DNA of 63,984 nt, counting the filler. It is 10 parts of 10 records of this genome, joined end to end, with 100 filler letters (N's around TTAATTAATTAA, not from the genome) between each part and the next. Parts side by side here need not be neighbours in the genome. Positions count along the whole stretch, not along the records: positions 53,356 to 58,694 come from SRR31147125_106761; positions 58,795 to 63,984 come from SRR31147125_107698; 8 more parts are not named here. One strand, 5' to 3'. Positions 53,846-63,984 of the stretch are shown here, one piece after another; position 1 is the first letter of the stretch, and each line of letters opens with the position of its first letter. The position numbers and the translations under genes are program-made. Under the pieces are notes generated by a model. The model saw nothing but the letters and a program-made list of their open reading frames with translations. It was not told the origin of the DNA and did no database searches.

Positions 53846-54427
53846 ATGAAAACAAAAAATTGGTTATTAACAGTATTGGCAATATTTGTTGTAGTAGCAG
53901 GTTTTGCCACAGAAATCCCCAAAATGAGTGTGGTTAAAACAGAGGGTAAAAAGGCTTTGCTTACTTACCAGTCAACTTTTAATACACCTCTCGAAGTTTC
54001 GGTTTATGACGAAAACGGAGATGTTTTATACTATAAAAAAACTAAAAAGGTGACTGACTATAAGAAGGTCTTTAACATGAGCAATCTGGATGAAGGCAAT
54101 TATACAATTTCAGTAAATTACGGAAAAGAAAGTTATAACAGAAAGTTGAGTATTGTAGATAATGAAATGACAATTCAACCACTACTAAGAACTTATGATC
54201 CGGTTTTTGTTTACAAAAATGGGAAGTTAGATGTGTCGTTTTTTAATACCCACCTTAAAAATGTACAGCTGTATATCACCCGAAATGGGGAAATAGTATC
54301 CGACGTTAATCTTGGGGGAGAACTTGCTATTCATAAAAGATTGAATATGCAGGAATTGAAGCCAGGAAGTTACAATGTTGTTCTTACAGATAATTTTAAC
54401 GCGTATAATTTTCGTGTTCAACGATAG
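53846..54427 (+). CDS. Secreted protein of two tandem T9SS-CTD/DUF3244-like beta domains
   Basis: Signal peptide and internal repeat (FNMSNLDEGNY / LNMQELKPGSY). TAGTTTTG -7 element at 53810-53817. Confidence 0.65.
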   Translation: MKTKNWLLTVLAIFVVVAGFATEIPKMSVVKTEGKKALLTYQSTFNTPLEVSVYDENGDVLYYKKTKKVTDYKKVFNMSNLDEGNYTISVNYGKESYNRKLSIVDNEMTIQPLLRTYDPVFVYKNGKLDVSFFNTHLKNVQLYITRNGEIVSDVNLGGELAIHKRLNMQELKPGSYNVVLTDNFNAYNFRVQR

Positions 54428-54447
54428 CTTTAAGTTTTGGTAGTATG

Positions 54448-54473
54448 AGGCTCCGCGAGGCGGGGCCTTTTTT
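54448..54473 (+). terminator. Intrinsic terminator
   Basis: AGGCTCCGC-gag-GCGGGGCCT followed by TTTTT. Confidence 0.8.
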
Positions 54474-54708
54474 ATTGGATCTAACCTTAAGAAAATCAAA
54501 ATATCTTCTACGAAAAGTTTGTTGTTTTTGTGGTCTGCAAAAAACTGTTCATCGCAGTTTTTTTCGTGTTTAACAAAAAATAGGAGAAAGTATCAGGGTA
54601 CTTCAACATGTTCTTTGTAATTTAAATTCTAATTTATTACTAACTAAATTAAACGATTCAATACTTCGCAAGTCCAAGCATTGATTTTAACCATTTTAAT
54701 TTTGTGCT

Positions 54709-55602
54709 GTGCATATAAAAATTGAAAATTTAAATAAGATATATAAGGGAGGCAGCTATGCTGTAAACAACCTTAATCTTGAAATTCCAAACGGAATGTT
54801 CGGACTTTTAGGTCCAAACGGAGCCGGGAAATCAACCCTGATGCGTATTCTGGTAACATTAATGAAACCTACCAACGGGAAGGTGTATTTTAACGATCTG
54901 GAGCTTTCGAAGCATCGTCGTCAAATTCGTTCAATGTTGGGTTATCTGCCACAGGATTTTAGCTTCTTTTCGAAATTAAAAACCTACGAATTTTTAGATT
55001 ATACCGCTCGTTTGTCAGGAATGAAAAGTAGCGCAGCAAGACGAACCGCCGTAGATCAAATGCTTGAGGAAGTTGGTCTTTTTGAAGCGCGCGACAGGAA
55101 TGCAAATAAACTTTCGGGAGGTATGAAACGCCGCCTCGGAATTGCACAGGCACTAATTAACGATCCGCAAGTTATTATTGTAGACGAACCCACAACCGGT
55201 CTCGACCCTGAAGAACGAATTCGTTTCAGGAACTTACTTTCTACCATTAGTACCCGAGATGTAATTATTATTCTTTCGACCCACATTGTTGGCGATATTT
55301 CGAGTACTTGCGACAACATGGCTTTGTTGAATACGGGAAAACTTGCTTTTACCGGTTCGCCCGAACAGTTGGTAAAAGAGGCCGAGGGCCATGTTTGGCA
55401 GATTGAGGCTACCGAAGCTGAATACCTGGAGATTAACGAGAAATATCCGGTGATTTCTACCATACCAATTGATGGCGGTTGGGAAGTACAAGTGGTTGCC
55501 AACGACATTAATGGTTATCAGTGTAAGCCAATTGCTCCAAACCTCGAACATGCCTATGTGCATTTTATGGAGAACAAGTTAAATCAGTGGTCAAACTCTT
55601 AA
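54709..55602 (+). CDS. ABC-2 type exporter ATP-binding protein
   Basis: GPNGAGKST, GYLPQDF, LSGGMKRR, VDEPTTGLDPEER and LSTHIV. Confidence 0.92.
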   Translation: MHIKIENLNKIYKGGSYAVNNLNLEIPNGMFGLLGPNGAGKSTLMRILVTLMKPTNGKVYFNDLELSKHRRQIRSMLGYLPQDFSFFSKLKTYEFLDYTARLSGMKSSAARRTAVDQMLEEVGLFEARDRNANKLSGGMKRRLGIAQALINDPQVIIVDEPTTGLDPEERIRFRNLLSTISTRDVIIILSTHIVGDISSTCDNMALLNTGKLAFTGSPEQLVKEAEGHVWQIEATEAEYLEINEKYPVISTIPIDGGWEVQVVANDINGYQCKPIAPNLEHAYVHFMENKLNQWSNS

Positions 55603-55608
55603 TATTTT

Positions 55609-58600
55609 TTGAAAATGATTTCATTACACAATATATTCTCAATTGCCAAGTACGAACGTAAAACATTGTTCCGTAGTTGGTTTTTCCGCATTTTCAGCAT
55701 ACTCTCATTGTTGGTTTTGTTTGGAATGAACTTCGTAATGGTTATCGAAGGTGGTGGAAGCGAAGGATGGGCAATACGTGCTATCCCCAGTGCAATTCCG
55801 TATTTTAACTTGTTAATTCTGAATGTGGCGCAGGCAGTTATTGCGGTATTTCTTGCATCAGACTTTTTAAAGCGCGATAAAAAATTAGATACCACCGAGG
55901 TGATTTACATGCGCTCCATGACAAATGGCGAATATGTAATAGGAAAAACCCTTGGTAATTTGCAGGTTTTTATGTTGCTGAATGTGGCGGTTGTTATAAT
56001 GGCCTTAATTTTTAACTCGCTTGCCCAGGGAACCGCAATTAGTTGGGAGTCGTATGGTATTTACCTGTTGCTTATTAGTATACCAACCCTGGTTTTTATT
56101 ATGGGTTTGTCGTTTTTATTAATGAGTGTTATACGAAACCAAGCCATAACTTTTGTACTGGTTTTGGGCTACATCGGTATTACTTTATTCCTGCTAGAGG
56201 CCAAATTTTACTATATATTCGACTATATGGCGTTCAATATTCCAATGTTGAATTCCGATATTATCGGCTTCGGAAATATTGAAACAATTTTAATCCATCG
56301 TGGTATCTATTTTGGGCTTGGTGCTGGTTTTATATTTCTTACCATTTTTATGCTGAAGCGTTTGCCGCAATCGGTACCCATGACCTATATTTCATTAATT
56401 ATTAGTGCTGTTTTTATTGGAGCCGCCGGTTACCTGGCTTTTAATCATATTAACCAGTTTAAACAAAAAGAAAAGTTACGTACCGATATTGTTGAGTTAA
56501 ACAATAAGTACGTAAAGCAGACAATTCCATCTGTTATTTCGCACAATTTGGAGGTTGAACATACAGGAAGTGAGATTCAGGTTCAATCATTAATGACTTT
56601 AACAAATAATAAAACAGAAGCAATTGATAAACTTATTTTTAGTTTGAATGGTGGTTTAGAAGTTAATGAACTGAAAATTAATGGAGAAAAGAAACCATTC
56701 AAACGCGATAAGCATCTTGTAATTGTTTCGGATAAAATTGAAATTCAACCCAAAGATACACTTGCCATTGAATTTAACTATGCCGGTGCAATTGATGAAG
56801 CCTACTGTTACCTCGATATTGAAAAAGAAACAATACAGGAAAAATATGGGAAGTCTGTGCTAAATGTAGACAAGCGTTATTCTTTTATTACTCCTGAATA
56901 TGTGTTGCTTACACAGGAAGCAAACTGGTACCCCAAAACAGGTGTAACCTATAGTTCGAATGATGTAAGCTGGACTCAGACTGAGTTTGTAGATTACACT
57001 CTTCATGTTAAAACTGCTGAAGGATTGCAGGCTGTTTCGCAAGGGAAAATAAATGAAATTTCGGACGGTGATTTTAAATTCGAACCCGAATCGAAGTTAA
57101 CACAAATATCGATGGCCATTGGAAAATACAAGCTACTGGATTTTGAGCGCGACAGCATGAATTTTGAAGTTTGGTATTTGGATGGGCACAATTATTTCAG
57201 CGAAGCTTTTCCTGAATCGAAAGATACTCTGACATCAGTAATTACCGAAAGATTCGACGATTTTAAACGAACCTACAATCTCGATTATGGCTCATCGCGA
57301 TTAGCCATTGTAGAAGTGCCTGCACAGTTTAAAACTTACGAACGCATCTGGACATCTATCCAGGAATCGGTTCAGCCCGAGCAGGTTTTTGTTCCCGAAA
57401 AAGGTTACTTGTTTCGCGATGCCGATTTTGAAAAACAAAAAGAACGAACCGGCCGACGTCGTGGACCTGGTGGTGGAAGCAGCTCTGATATGACAGATAT
57501 GGATAAAGAGTTACGTGTATTGGAGGATTTTCTAAGACAATTTACCACCGAAACCGAAACCGATAGAAACTGGCAACGTGGCGGCGAAATGGAAATAGAG
57601 CAAACAGGCAATCCTTTCTTTATATTCCCAATGCTTTACAATTTCCAAAATAACATTCAGTCGGATAAATGGCCCATTACCAATCGTATTTTCGAAGCTT
57701 ACCTGAAGAGCCAGGTAACCGATATGCGTTCGATATTTATGAGTAATATGAGTGGAGAAAGTGAAGACGTGCTGGCAAATATTGCACTTCAGGATTATAC
57801 TTTCGAAGAAATTTTAGCCGATCCGGATCAAAAAGATATTATCGAAAATGTTATAAAATTAAAAGGCGATGTTCTTTTCTCAATAATTCAGTGGAAGGCC
57901 GGACAAGAGGCATTCGAAGCATTTTTAAATAAAGTGCTTACCGAAAATAAGTTTGCCAATATTCCTTTCGAATCGTTCGACCAAATGATTTCTGAGAACT
58001 TTGGAATTGAACTGGTGCCAATAATGGACGACTGGTTTAACTCTAAAACTTTACCCGGTTATTTAATTACTCCCATAGAAGCTGTAAAAGTTAAAGAAGG
58101 AAATTCCATGAAAACCATGGTTTCTTTAAAAATTACCAATTTCTCCGACGTGGAAGGTATTGTAAAACTTTCGTTCCGCATGGGAGGCGGAGGTTCCGGT
58201 GGCGGAAGAGGTGGTTCTCGCGGCGGAGGAATGGGAGGCAGCGACATGATTGATAACCTGATTTATCTTGAAGCCAATCAAACCAAAGATTTGAGCTACT
58301 TGCTCGATGGCTCACCGCGAATGGTAATATTAAATACCATGACCTCGAAGAATGTTCCTCAAACTATGATGGAGTTTTTCCGTGAAGTGGATGAGGATTT
58401 AAAAGCCATTCCGCGCGAAGGAGAAAAAATTGTTGATGTTCCGGTGCAAACGAAACTGGAAGGTGAAACCATTGTAGATAATGAAGACCCGGAATTTACA
58501 TTTACAGTAACGGAGGACATTAGTTTGCTCGAACGTTTAATTGTTAAAGAAGAGGAAACAACACGAAAATACCAGGGAATTAACTGGTGGCGGCCTCCGG

Positions 58601-58694
58601 TAAACTGGACAGCAACAACAAACACCGATTTTTACGGAGAGTATGTTCGTTCGGCCTATTATATAAAAGGAGGAGAAGGAGAGCAAAAAGCTAC
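55609..58694 (+). CDS. ABC-2 permease fused to M1-aminopeptidase-like and golvesin-like domains (truncated)
   Basis: IAKYERKTLFRSWFF and about 7 TM helices, then WYP, VEVP and KGDVLF..G.EAF, then IVDNEDPEF...FYGEYVRSAYY. Confidence 0.65.
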
Positions 58695-58794
58695 NNNNNN
58701 NNNNNNNNNNNNNNNNNNNNNNNNNNNNNNNNNNNNNNTTAATTAATTAANNNNNNNNNNNNNNNNNNNNNNNNNNNNNNNNNNNNNNNNNNNN
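58695..58794. other. Artificial contig spacer
   Basis: N44-TTAATTAATTAA-N44. Confidence 0.98.
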
Positions 58795-58844
58795 TTTGAC
58801 TGAGTGGTGTCAAAGGCATTCAAACAAATAGATAAGGAGGCCCC

Positions 58845-59872
58845 ATGACTAAATTTAAAACACGACAATCCCTCATCTTATTATCATTGATATCTCTAAC
58901 CATCATCTGCAGCACCGAAAGCGCGATCCAGGCTGATGACAACGTATTTATCGGTATTTCAAAAATTGTCGCCCATCCTGCTCTGGATGCATTGGAGCAA
59001 GGGGTTCAAGACGGTGTCACCGCTCACTTTCCTGAAGCGAAATTTGACCTTCAAAATGCCAATGGAGAGCTCTCAACAGCAGCCTCGATTGCCCAAAAAT
59101 TCAAAGCGGAAAAGGTGGATATTGCCGTTGGAATTGCAACACCGACAGCGCAGGCTTTGGTTGGAGTCCTCAAGGATCGTCCGGTACTCTTCTGTGCCGT
59201 CACAGATCCCCAAGGTGCCGGGCTTGTAAAGGATGTGAAAAAAGGCGAGAAAAATGTGACCGGCACCTCGGATATGACACCGGTTAAAGAGCAGATCGAG
59301 TTGCTCACCCGAATTAAACCCATCAAGACATTGGGCCATGTTTACTGCAGCAACGAGGCCAATGCCGTCACTTTAGCTGAAATCGCTCGTCAGGTGTGTA
59401 AAGAGCTCAATATCAAATTTGTGGAAACCACGGTTACCAACTCCGCAGAAGTAAAACAGGCAGCTCAAACCATTGCCCCACGACTCAAACCATTGCCCCA
59501 CGAGTGGATGGGATCTATTTGAGCAACGACAATACCATCTTTTCCGCCTTGAGTGCGGTGACCAGTGTGGCCATGAAGCATAAAATTCCTGTAATGTCAG
59601 CCGATCCCAGCTCTGCTGTGGACAATGACGTATTGGCGGCCTGGGGATTCGATTACTACAAAATGGGAAAACGAACCGGGCTGCTGGCTGCCGACATTCT
59701 CAAGGGAGCAAAGCCGGAAGATATCCCGACAGTTTACATGACGGATCCCTCGGATGTGGATATTCTCATTAATCTGGATGTGGCGGCCAAGTTGGGGCTA
59801 AGTTTTCCTGAAGATATTCGAACCACAGCAAACAAGGTGATCCTGAACGGAAAACTGACGGAAAAAAAATAG
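58845..59872 (+). pseudogene. ABC substrate-binding protein (ABC_sub_bind/TrpX-like), frameshifted by a 20-bp duplication
   Basis: HPALDA, IATPTAQAL, AVTDP and NVTGTSD in the first ORF. DNT, DYYKMG and ILKGAKP in the second. Removing one repeat copy joins them. Confidence 0.85.
59464..59503 (+). repeat. Perfect 20-bp tandem duplication
   Basis: Two adjacent copies of CTCAAACCATTGCCCCACGA. Confidence 0.97.
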
Positions 59873-59883
59873 GTTTTATTCAC

Positions 59884-60765
59884 ATGATAGAAGGTATTTT
59901 TGTGGAAGGCCTCATCTATGCCGTCATGGCATTGGGGGTCTTTTTTACATTCAGGATTTTGGACTTTCCCGATTTGACCGTGGACGGCTCTTTTCCCATG
60001 GGTGCCGTCATCATGGCGGCATGTCTCCATAAAGGGATCCCTCCAATTCCCGCATTGCTGCTCTCATTTTCCGGCGGGGTTGTTGCCGGATGCGTCACTG
60101 CAACCATACATAACAAACTCAAGGTGCCCCATCTGCTGGCCGGGATCCTTACCATGACCATGTTATACTCGGTAAATATCCGGATTCTTTCCAATCGGGC
60201 CAACCTTCCCCTGCTTCGGGTGGACACTCTACTGACCAACATTCATGGGGTTACGGAAGGGTGGCTGACCTCTGAATATGCCTCTCTTGTTTTCTTTATT
60301 CTTGTGGTGCTCTTCATCAAAAAACTATTGGATCTCTTTTTCATCACCGACATGGGGCTTGTTTTCGGAGCCCTTGGCAACAACGAGCAAATGGTTCGGG
60401 TACAGGGAATCAACCCGGCGACACTGAAACTGATCGGCGTGGGCATCTCCAACGGGCTTGTGGCGCTGTCAGGTGCATTTGCCGCTCAATATCAGGGATT
60501 TGCGGATGTCAATCTGGGTCAAGGGATTGTGGTAACCGGGCTTGCGTCGGTGATGCTGGGGGAATTTTTACTCAAATCCAACAAGATCTCAATTTTGACG
60601 CTTCGGGTGGTGCTGGGAGCCATTTTATTCAAAGCGATCATGTATCTTGGTCGGTATTACGGCTACTATATCAACATGACCCCCAATGATTTGAAACTCA
60701 TTGCCGGGATTCTGATTATCCTCTCTCTGGCTGCAGCAAATTTGAAAAGGAGTGAAGCCAACTGA
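59884..60765 (+). CDS. ABC transporter permease
   Basis: FRILDFPDLTVDGSF, LLAGILTMTMLYS, GFADVNLG and GLASV. Confidence 0.9.
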   Translation: MIEGIFVEGLIYAVMALGVFFTFRILDFPDLTVDGSFPMGAVIMAACLHKGIPPIPALLLSFSGGVVAGCVTATIHNKLKVPHLLAGILTMTMLYSVNIRILSNRANLPLLRVDTLLTNIHGVTEGWLTSEYASLVFFILVVLFIKKLLDLFFITDMGLVFGALGNNEQMVRVQGINPATLKLIGVGISNGLVALSGAFAAQYQGFADVNLGQGIVVTGLASVMLGEFLLKSNKISILTLRVVLGAILFKAIMYLGRYYGYYINMTPNDLKLIAGILIILSLAAANLKRSEAN

Positions 60766-60801
60766 AGACGAGGAAAAAGGCAAAACAAAAGGAGTACGCG
60801 C

Positions 60802-61700
60802 ATGAAAACAGCACCGGTAAAGGCAATAGGAAAACACCCAAAAGCCACTGGTCATGGCGATACGGAGAAAGCCGAAGATCACATGCCCCCAACAACCGCC
60901 CCCCGATCATCCGACTCAGCCGTCTCACCAAAACCTTTCATCAGGGAACACCTGGAGAAAAAAGGGTGATTAAGGAGATCTCACTGGATGTGAAACCGGG
61001 AGATTTCATCACCGTCATCGGCAGTAACGGCGCCGGGAAAACCACCCTTTTCAATCTCATCTCCGGAAATGTGATGCCCTCATCCGGTCAAATATATATT
61101 CATGGAGATGATGTCACCAAAGCGCCTGAATACGACCGAGCAAGCCGCATCGGGCGTATTTTTCAAGACCCCCTGGCAGGCACCGCCTCCAACATGACCT
61201 TGGCGGCCAACATGATGATCACCTTCAAGAAGGGATTCAAATGGCCTGTGATCAGTCTGAATCGCAAAATGAAAGAATATTTCAAAGATGAAGTAAAACA
61301 ACTGGACATGAATCTTGAAGATCGGATGCAGGAAAATGTCAGCGCTCTTTCCGGTGGCCAACGTCAGGCGTTGACACTTTTGATGACCGTGCTCTCCAAT
61401 CCCGATATTTTGCTTCTGGACGAGCACACCGCAGCCCTGGATCCCAGAAATGCCGCCATTGTCATGGATCTGACTCGAAAATTCATCCGGGAAAAACAGC
61501 TCACCACACTGATGGTGACGCACAACATGAATCACGCCATCAAATTCGGAAATCGTCTGCTCATGATGGATGACGGAGAGATCATCATTGATATTGAAGC
61601 CGAAGAAAAACAGCAGATGACCGTCAAAAGATTGATCGAGATGTTCGGAGACATTCGAAAAAAAGAATTTGAAAACGATGAGGTTTTGCTTACGGCTTGA
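60802..61700 (+). CDS. ABC transporter ATP-binding protein, probable frameshift in C6 run at 60899-60904
   Basis: GSNGAGKTT, FQDP, LSGGQRQAL and LLDEHTAALDP. The AAGGAG-preceded ATG at 60802 joins IIRLSRLTKTF only if one C is added. Confidence 0.82.
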
Positions 61701-61824
61701 TTGATATTTCAGATTCAAACAACTCGTCAATAAATAATACAAACTGAAAACCCCTTTTTTTAATTGATTTTAACAATTTTGTCTATTCGAAAACAACCAC
61801 TTCAAAAGGAAATATAGAATTTCA

Positions 61825-63642
61825 ATGACTCAAACAATTCAAAACGAAAAAATCCGCAATATTGCCATCATTGCCCATGTTGACCATGGGAAGACCACCC
61901 TTGTGGATGCCATGTTCAAACAGAGCGGGGTATTCAGACAAGGTAAGGAGATGGACGACCGCATCATGGATTCCATGGATCTGGAGCGGGAACGGGGAAT
62001 TACCATTTCCGCCAAAAACTGCTCCATTGCTTTGGACAGCATCAAAATCAATATCCTGGATACTCCGGGCCATGCCGATTTCGGTGCGGAAGTGGAACGG
62101 GCTCTCTCCATGGTGGACGGTGCCATTTTACTGGTGGACGCCTCAGAAGGCCCCCTTCCCCAGACCCGATTTGTACTGAAAAAAGCCCTTCAGGCCGGAC
62201 TCCGGATCATTGTGGTAATCAATAAAATCGACCGATCCGATGCCCGAACCATGGAGGTGCTGGATGAAATATACGATCTTTTCATCGATCTCGATGCCAC
62301 CGATGATCAGATCGATTTTCCCGTACTCTACGCCATCGGACGGGACGGCATTGCCAAAGAAGAACCGGAAGACGATACCCAGGATCTCTCGCCGCTGTTC
62401 AAAACCATCCTCAGTGAGATTCCGCCGCCCTCTTTCTCTGCGGAAGAGCCCTTTCAGATGCTGGTCTCGGATCTGGGCCACTCCGACTATACCGGTCGTC
62501 TTGCCATTGGCAAAATTGCCAATGGAAAGGTCAGCTCAAAGGATGAGCTCGTCCTCATCGGGAAGGATGACACCCCCACAAGAATCAAAGTATCCAGTCT
62601 TCAGAGTTACGAAGGTCCGGCCCTTACCCCTGCCGATCTGGTGGAGGCCGGAGACATCGCCGTGGTGTCCGGTACCGATGCATTCGAGATCGGAGACACC
62701 ATCTGTACCAAGGAATTCCCCAAAGCCCTTCCCAGAATCACGGTGGATGAACCCACCGTATCAATGATGTTCACCATCTCCGACGCCCCCTTTTCCGGCA
62801 TGGAAGGAAAGTACGTCCAGTCCAGCCGGATCAGAGAACGACTTGAAAAGGAAGCCCTTGCCAATGTGGCCATCTCCGTGAAAGATACCGTGGAAAGAGA
62901 TTCTTTTGTGGTACAGGGACGTGGGGAGTTCCAGATGGCAATTCTGGTTGAGACCATGCGGCGGGAAGGATTCGAGCTTTGTGTGGGGCGACCGGAGGTC
63001 ATTTACAGAACCGGTGAAAACGGTGAGAAAACAGAGCCCATTGAGCGACTTTATGTGGATTGCGACGACGCTTTTACCGGTGTGGTGACTGAGAAACTCT
63101 CCATGAAAAAAGGACGATTGATCAATCTGGTGAACAAGCGGGGACGGGTCAACATGGAGTTTTCCGTGCCCTCACGCTCCCTGATCGGCTATCGAGACGA
63201 ATTTCTCACCGACACCAAAGGCACCGGCATCATGAACTCCATCTTTGACGGATACGAGCCCTACAGAGGGGAATTCCCCACCCGAAGAACCGGATCTCTC
63301 ATCAGTGATCGGAAGGGAAAAGCGGTTCCCTATGCCCTCTACAACCTGGAGCCGAGAGGTCGTCTCATGATCACACCGGGTACGCCGGTCTATGAAGGCA
63401 TGATCATCGGTGAGCACAGCAAGCACAATGATCTGGATGTTAATCCCTGTAAAGAGAAGAAGCTCACCAACATGCGTGCGTCCGGCAAGGATGAGAGTAC
63501 CATCTGCTCCCCGGTGAAGCCCATGACGCTGGAGCAGGCGCTCAACTTCGTCAATGCAGATGAGCTGGTTGAGGTGACGCCGCAAAGCATTCGGGTACGA
63601 AAAAAGATGCTATCCAAACAAAAGCGTTACCTCAATCGCTAA
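61825..63642 (+). CDS. typA: Translational GTPase TypA/BipA
   Basis: RNIAIIAHVDHGKTTLVD, ERERGITI, DTPGHADF, GRGE, ETMRREG, KLTNMRASG and EVTP. Confidence 0.97.
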   Translation: MTQTIQNEKIRNIAIIAHVDHGKTTLVDAMFKQSGVFRQGKEMDDRIMDSMDLERERGITISAKNCSIALDSIKINILDTPGHADFGAEVERALSMVDGAILLVDASEGPLPQTRFVLKKALQAGLRIIVVINKIDRSDARTMEVLDEIYDLFIDLDATDDQIDFPVLYAIGRDGIAKEEPEDDTQDLSPLFKTILSEIPPPSFSAEEPFQMLVSDLGHSDYTGRLAIGKIANGKVSSKDELVLIGKDDTPTRIKVSSLQSYEGPALTPADLVEAGDIAVVSGTDAFEIGDTICTKEFPKALPRITVDEPTVSMMFTISDAPFSGMEGKYVQSSRIRERLEKEALANVAISVKDTVERDSFVVQGRGEFQMAILVETMRREGFELCVGRPEVIYRTGENGEKTEPIERLYVDCDDAFTGVVTEKLSMKKGRLINLVNKRGRVNMEFSVPSRSLIGYRDEFLTDTKGTGIMNSIFDGYEPYRGEFPTRRTGSLISDRKGKAVPYALYNLEPRGRLMITPGTPVYEGMIIGEHSKHNDLDVNPCKEKKLTNMRASGKDESTICSPVKPMTLEQALNFVNADELVEVTPQSIRVRKKMLSKQKRYLNR

Positions 63643-63665
63643 TCACCACGTAGATCATGGGTTAC

Positions 63666-63689
63666 GGGGTGCCGACTCTATTGCACCCC
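63666..63689 (+). terminator. GC stem-loop downstream of typA
   Basis: GGGGTGC...GCACCCC, but with no clear U tract. Confidence 0.35.
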
Positions 63690-63984
63690 TGCCTTTCTCA
63701 GCCCCAAGCGCCCCTCTTCCGTGACAACAGGCAACAGATAAATAGCAACTAAATTTACAGTTAAACATTCCAATTCATTCAACTTTTCCCCGTCGCTTCC
63801 CCGAATTGTCATGGTTTTAGCTATTTATTGCTTGACACCTCAATATGAGTAATTAATATTATTAACACGATAAGATAGAATTACAAAACAAAATTAGTGA
63901 ATACTTAAAAATATAGAGACACACCATACATAAAAGTATTAACATATAAACGGACATGTCAGGCCACCTGACACAACAAAGCAT

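Noticed and set aside
6805..58794. Nine recurring TTAATTAATTAA elements flanked by N runs, resembling a repeat family
   Set aside because: They are identical 100-nt artificial spacers. Gene adjacency across them has no biological meaning, and ORF-track extensions into X residues are artefacts.
63738..63862. Long-range inverted repeat (ATAAATAGC...GCTATTTAT) and TTGACA downstream of typA
   Set aside because: AT-rich and short, with non-ideal promoter spacing. The downstream gene is outside the window, so no function can be supported.

Overview
This window is not one locus. It is ten unrelated 5-10 kb contigs joined by nine artificial 100-nt spacers (N44-TTAATTAATTAA-N44), so it looks like a concatenated metagenome of an anoxic community. 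Taxonomic labels are inferred from gene content and base composition. (1) 1-6804, Bacteroidota: glycoside hydrolases, SSS symporter and FAD oxidoreductase. (2) 6905-17297, Desulfobacterota-like: MATE, ygiQ, darP/yjgA, eukaryote-type hisA and a liv ABC operon. (3) 17398-24517, Bacteroidota: ECF sigma-FecR-SusC, a second ECF module and leuA-leuC. (4) 24618-30298, low-GC: an internal piece of a giant YD/RHS protein. (5) 30399-36021, spirochaete-like: flavoprotein/DUF1667 cluster, fungal-type purine PRTase, PPC-repeat protein and 7TM-DISM sensor. (6) 36122-42313, Desulfobacterota-like: mscS, SGNH hydrolase, an interrupted ankyrin gene, NYN, RidA and argP. (7) 42414-48033, spirochaete-like: a piece of a giant protein of over 1,870 aa. 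(8) 48134-53255: lolD-bamA-skp-lpxD-lpxA. (9) 53356-58694, Bacteroidota: tandem secreted proteins and an ABC ATPase plus permease/M1-like fusion. (10) 58795-63984: an ABC importer with two frameshifts, then typA. The best signals missing from the ORF track are a Leu/Ile leader-peptide attenuator before leuA, a DonS-like antisense RNA unit between fecR and susC, and an ankyrin frame running through TAG and TGA with a SECIS-like hairpin. There is also a 20-bp duplication that breaks a binding-protein gene. Several single-base frameshifts sit in homopolymers and are probably sequencing errors. No rRNA, tRNA, CRISPR array or transposase was seen.
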